Shown: one piece after another, positions 43,523-46,911 of the stretch
Layout of the letters: the number at the start of each line of letters is the position of its first letter
Position numbering within the stretch: the first letter of the stretch is position 1
NCBI GenBank assembly: GCA_903898185.1
Contig: CAIUEN010000523.1
Location: 1 to 46,911 of the forward strand
Source of the DNA: an uncultured Verrucomicrobiales bacterium
GTDB taxonomy: Bacteria; Verrucomicrobiota; Verrucomicrobiia; Limisphaerales; Palsa-1400
Direction: 5' to 3'
Length of the DNA stretch: 46,911 nt
Notes under the pieces: model-generated
What the model saw: the letters and a program-made list of their open reading frames with translations, nothing else
What the model was told of the DNA's origin: nothing
The model's database searches: none
Program-made: the position numbers and the translations under genes

Positions 43523-46317
43523 CTGTAGGCCAGTTGCGTCAAGAAGTTCTCCAAACCTGTTTCTACTCTGTACCGCTCGTGTCGCAAATCTGTCAGCGTC
43601 ACTCGATACTTATCCCACAGCCCCTCGATAAATCGCACCAACTCCTGCCGCTTCTCGACCAAGGCGGCGTCGAGTCCAGCCAACACGTCCTGCGCAAAGA
43701 GTTCGAGCACCAGTTCGCGCTTTTTCTTGTCAATCATCACGTCGCATCGGGACTTGAGTTCGTTTACAAATTCATCGGTCAGCGTGCGGAAACGGGCGCG
43801 GGCTTCTGCAAGGTGTTGCTTGAGCTGCTCATAGGGCAGGAGTCGCTGCTCAACTGAAGTGATACGATCGTGGCAAGGCTGGCAGGAGGACTCAATGGCG
43901 GCGAGTTGGACAGACAACTGTTCCAGTTCACCCTGACATTCTCTCTCCGTTGCTTTGTTTTGCCGCAGAGCCTCCTCCAGTTCGGCAGTGGGAATGCCTA
44001 TCTTACGAGCCCGCGCGATGGACTTCGGCCCTTCGCCGGAAAGCGTAGCGATTATTGTCGCAGCAGCCTTGGAAGCCTTTCCGAGGTTCTTTTGCCGGCC
44101 GGAAAGATATTTCGCAGCTTGGAGCTTTTCCTTGATGGCGTCCTTGGTCTCCTTGATTTGCGATTCGAGCTCCCTGGCGTAATTCCAGCTTGCCAATTCA
44201 TCCTCATCCAAGTCGTCGGGCGCGTTGCTTTGCTCGAAGGCTTCCTTCTCGCTCTTGAGCCGGGCGATGTCTGCCTTGGCAGCGGCGATACGTTCCAGAT
44301 AGTCGGCCATGATGCGGCGGACGAGCTTGTGGCCGAAGGGGTCGAGAACCGGCCCGGAAGCTTCGTCATCTTCCACGGCGTCGGCGATGGCATCCACCCA
44401 GCCGTCAATGACGCCGGGGAATCCGTTTTCGAGCAGGGTCTTGAAGTCGGGCAGCGTGTCCGTCCACCAAGTGGCGATGATGCCAGCAAGCTTGAAGCGA
44501 TCCAAGGTTTTCAAGGGGAGCAGTGTGGCGACGAACGTATCGAGGAAATCGGTGCGGACGCGATTGAGGTCGCGACGCTTGGGCAGGTCGGCGATGCGAG
44601 TTGAATGTTCCTGCCACCACGCGTCGAGGTGCTGGCGCACAGCCACGAACCGCGCCTGAACGCCTGGATCATTCTCGACCAGCGGGCGGATGGCCGCGCG
44701 ATCGGGGAGCACGGGCGCAAAATCGAAGTATCTCGGATCTTTCGTTCGTTCGGCGAAGGCGTGGGCCGGATTGAAACCGAGCGCGTCGAAGAGCGGGCGT
44801 TTGTCTGCCACTTCAACCACTGGCACGCCGCCGAGCAAGTGAGCGCGCACGTCGTGTGGTTCTGGCGGAGGCGAGTTGTCCACATAGCGACGTATGTTGA
44901 GATTGAAATCGTTGGCCTCGCTGCTGATTTCCTCCAGCGACACGCTGCGTGCGTAGCCGGGAATGTCCTGGTAGCGGTCGAAAGTGGAAACGACTTTCTC
45001 GACGTGCTCGGGGCGGAGATAATTTTGCGCGCGGCCGGCATGAAACTCGGCATCGGCATTGATGAACAACACATGGCCACGACGGTGTGCGGGCTTGTTG
45101 GGATTGGGCGACTTGCCGATGAGGTTGGGCCGCATCACCAGAATGCAGGCCGGGATGCCCGCGCCGTAGAACAGGTTTTGCGGCAGGCCGATGACGGCTT
45201 CGATGAGGTCTTGTTCAAGGAATTTCTTGCGGATTTCCTTTTCCGCGCCGCCACGAAAAAGCACTCCGTGGGGCATAACAGTAGCGACCATGCCATTCGA
45301 TTTGCAAACGGCGAGCATGTGCTGGGCAAACATGAGGTCGCCCTTCTTGCCTGAGGTCGGACACCAGCCCCAACGGAAGCGCTCGGGAAATTCCATGTTG
45401 CTGCGGGTGTAGTTCTGGCTGAAGGGCGGATTGGCAATGACGCGGTCGAAACGTTCCAATTCGCCTGCGTCGCGGTGCAGCGGGTGGAGAAGTGTGTCCT
45501 GCAACTGAATATCCGCGCCGGGCACTCCGTGCAGGAGCATGTTCAAGCGGCAGATGGACCACGCGGAGGCATCGTTGACCTGGCCGCAAAGGCGGAGGTC
45601 GGTTGGGTCGCCACCGGATTGCTCGATAAACTCGCGGCTTATGATGAGCATTCCGCCCGAACCGCAAGTCGGGTCATACACGCTCATGCCGGGAGTGGGC
45701 TTGAGAACACGCACCATGAGCCGGATAACATCGCGCGGTGTGTAGAAGTCGCCACCCTTTTTGCCCGCCGATTCGGCGAACATGTTGATGAGAAACTCGT
45801 AAGCCGCGCCGAGCAGATCAGAGAACTGAAAATCCTCGTTACGCAGGCGGTGGCGTCCAAAAAGGCGGACGAGGTCTTTGCAACAGTCGTCGGAAACAAT
45901 GCGTTTTGTCCCCTGAGTGCGAAGGAAGCTGATGTGATCAAGGACGTGTTCAAGAGATTCATTGGCCTCGCTCAAAGCACCCAAAGCCGTATCAAGGACG
46001 CTGCCATAGACAGCGGTGGCGTCGTTGAGCTTGTCTTGAAGGTTTTTCCAGCGGGCGCGCTCGGGAACGAAGAAGCCATCGTAGTAATCGGGGTTTTCAC
46101 CGTATTGTGTTTTCGCATCACTGAGCGCCATGCCTTGCTCGACCTTGCGCACGACAATCTTCTCGTTCTCTGCGTCAAACACGTCGGAGCAGCGTTTCAG
46201 GAAGAGTATTCCGAAGATGTAATCCTTGTAAGTGGCCGCATCGAGGCCCTCCTGCCGCAGCCGGTCGGCAACGGAATAGAGGTGGCGTTCGAGTTTGGCA
46301 AGGGATAGTCGAGGCAT
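43519..46317 (-). CDS. hsdM: Type I RM methyltransferase subunit M (m6A) with long C-terminal extension
   Basis: LFLKRCSD, AYEFLI..FA..GKKGGDFYTP, YDPTCGSGG, ANPPF, PHGVLFRG, NLFYG. Confidence 0.95.
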   Translation of the reverse strand: MPRLSLAKLERHLYSVADRLRQEGLDAATYKDYIFGILFLKRCSDVFDAENEKIVVRKVEQGMALSDAKTQYGENPDYYDGFFVPERARWKNLQDKLNDATAVYGSVLDTALGALSEANESLEHVLDHISFLRTQGTKRIVSDDCCKDLVRLFGRHRLRNEDFQFSDLLGAAYEFLINMFAESAGKKGGDFYTPRDVIRLMVRVLKPTPGMSVYDPTCGSGGMLIISREFIEQSGGDPTDLRLCGQVNDASAWSICRLNMLLHGVPGADIQLQDTLLHPLHRDAGELERFDRVIANPPFSQNYTRSNMEFPERFRWGWCPTSGKKGDLMFAQHMLAVCKSNGMVATVMPHGVLFRGGAEKEIRKKFLEQDLIEAVIGLPQNLFYGAGIPACILVMRPNLIGKSPNPNKPAHRRGHVLFINADAEFHAGRAQNYLRPEHVEKVVSTFDRYQDIPGYARSVSLEEISSEANDFNLNIRRYVDNSPPPEPHDVRAHLLGGVPVVEVADKRPLFDALGFNPAHAFAERTKDPRYFDFAPVLPDRAAIRPLVENDPGVQARFVAVRQHLDAWWQEHSTRIADLPKRRDLNRVRTDFLDTFVATLLPLKTLDRFKLAGIIATWWTDTLPDFKTLLENGFPGVIDGWVDAIADAVEDDEASGPVLDPFGHKLVRRIMADYLERIAAAKADIARLKSEKEAFEQSNAPDDLDEDELASWNYARELESQIKETKDAIKEKLQAAKYLSGRQKNLGKASKAAATIIATLSGEGPKSIARARKIGIPTAELEEALRQNKATERECQGELEQLSVQLAAIESSCQPCHDRITSVEQRLLPYEQLKQHLAEARARFRTLTDEFVNELKSRCDVMIDKKKRELVLELFAQDVLAGLDAALVEKRQELVRFIEGLWDKYRVTLTDLRHERYRVETGLENFLTQLAYR

Positions 46318-46911
46318 GGTTATGGGGTGACTTCAAAGTTCATCACGGCGAGAGCGCCATGCAGCGGTTCTGAGATTGGAACCAGATCAGACAGCTTCCC
46401 CTGCCCCACATGGGTTGCCCCATGGATGCATGAGTCTTCCGACACTGAGGTGCAGAGATTCATAAAGCAGATTCCGAAACAGCCACCGTTGATGCGCAAG
46501 AAAATGTATGCATTGAGAAGACAATTACCAGAAAAAACGGACAGCAAAAATATCAAATTAGTCTGCCATGTTAATTCGGCATTCCTTGGGCTTGGGAACC
46601 AGACCATGGAAAAACCACGGCACCCACGAAGGCGGGGTCTCCACATCCGGGAAAAAAAGGGCGTTGCAGCCAAAAACGGCGTCGAAACAACCTCCCGCGC
46701 TATGAAAAAACGATGGCGGACTGGAAAAATGACCAGCAATTCTCATTTTGAGCAAGGAAGTGGAAAAACACTAAGGGAGTTGGAAGAAATAATCATACCA
46801 GAGCGCACGGCTCAATAAGAACATCCCATTTAGGCAAAGTGGGTGATCGCTGCAATCGCTCTTCTAATTTCGCCTTGGCCGCTTTGCACAAGCGCACGCC
46901 TTTGGCATAGA

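Noticed and set aside
46320-46818. 163-aa (+) and 139-aa (-) ORFs upstream of hsdM
   Set aside because: No motifs, GTG/alternative starts, and overlap with a family C-like end (46735); more likely non-coding or element debris, though an IS end here cannot be excluded

Overview
Bacterial chromosomal window of moderately high GC. Gene content and repeat style suggest an anaerobic Verrucomicrobiota-like organism (inference only). The left ~26 kb is mostly housekeeping and energy genes: beta-propeller fusion protein, ilvB with a complete Val/Leu leader-peptide attenuator, class II DAHP synthase, divergent K+-independent membrane pyrophosphatase, cytoplasmic hybrid histidine kinase, beta-CASP RNase, nfnAB transhydrogenase, lysC-argC-yggS, cardiolipin synthase-like PLD, rfaE1, panB and exported proteins. 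These are interspersed with several families of short palindromic MITE/REP-like elements. The right ~20 kb has three parts: decayed defence-gene remnants (including a frameshifted DUF499-like N-terminus); a trimeric NAD-linked [FeFe]-hydrogenase operon with maturases, where hydF and hydE form one ORF joined through an in-frame REP doublet and the flavin subunit lacks the C-terminal ferredoxin domain; and a type I restriction-modification locus (hsdM-hsdS-[ABC ATPase + PIN nuclease]-hsdR-M48). The coupled ATPase/PIN pair nested between hsdS and hsdR is the best candidate for an uncharacterised RM-linked defence module. No rRNA, tRNA, CRISPR array or intact transposase was seen.
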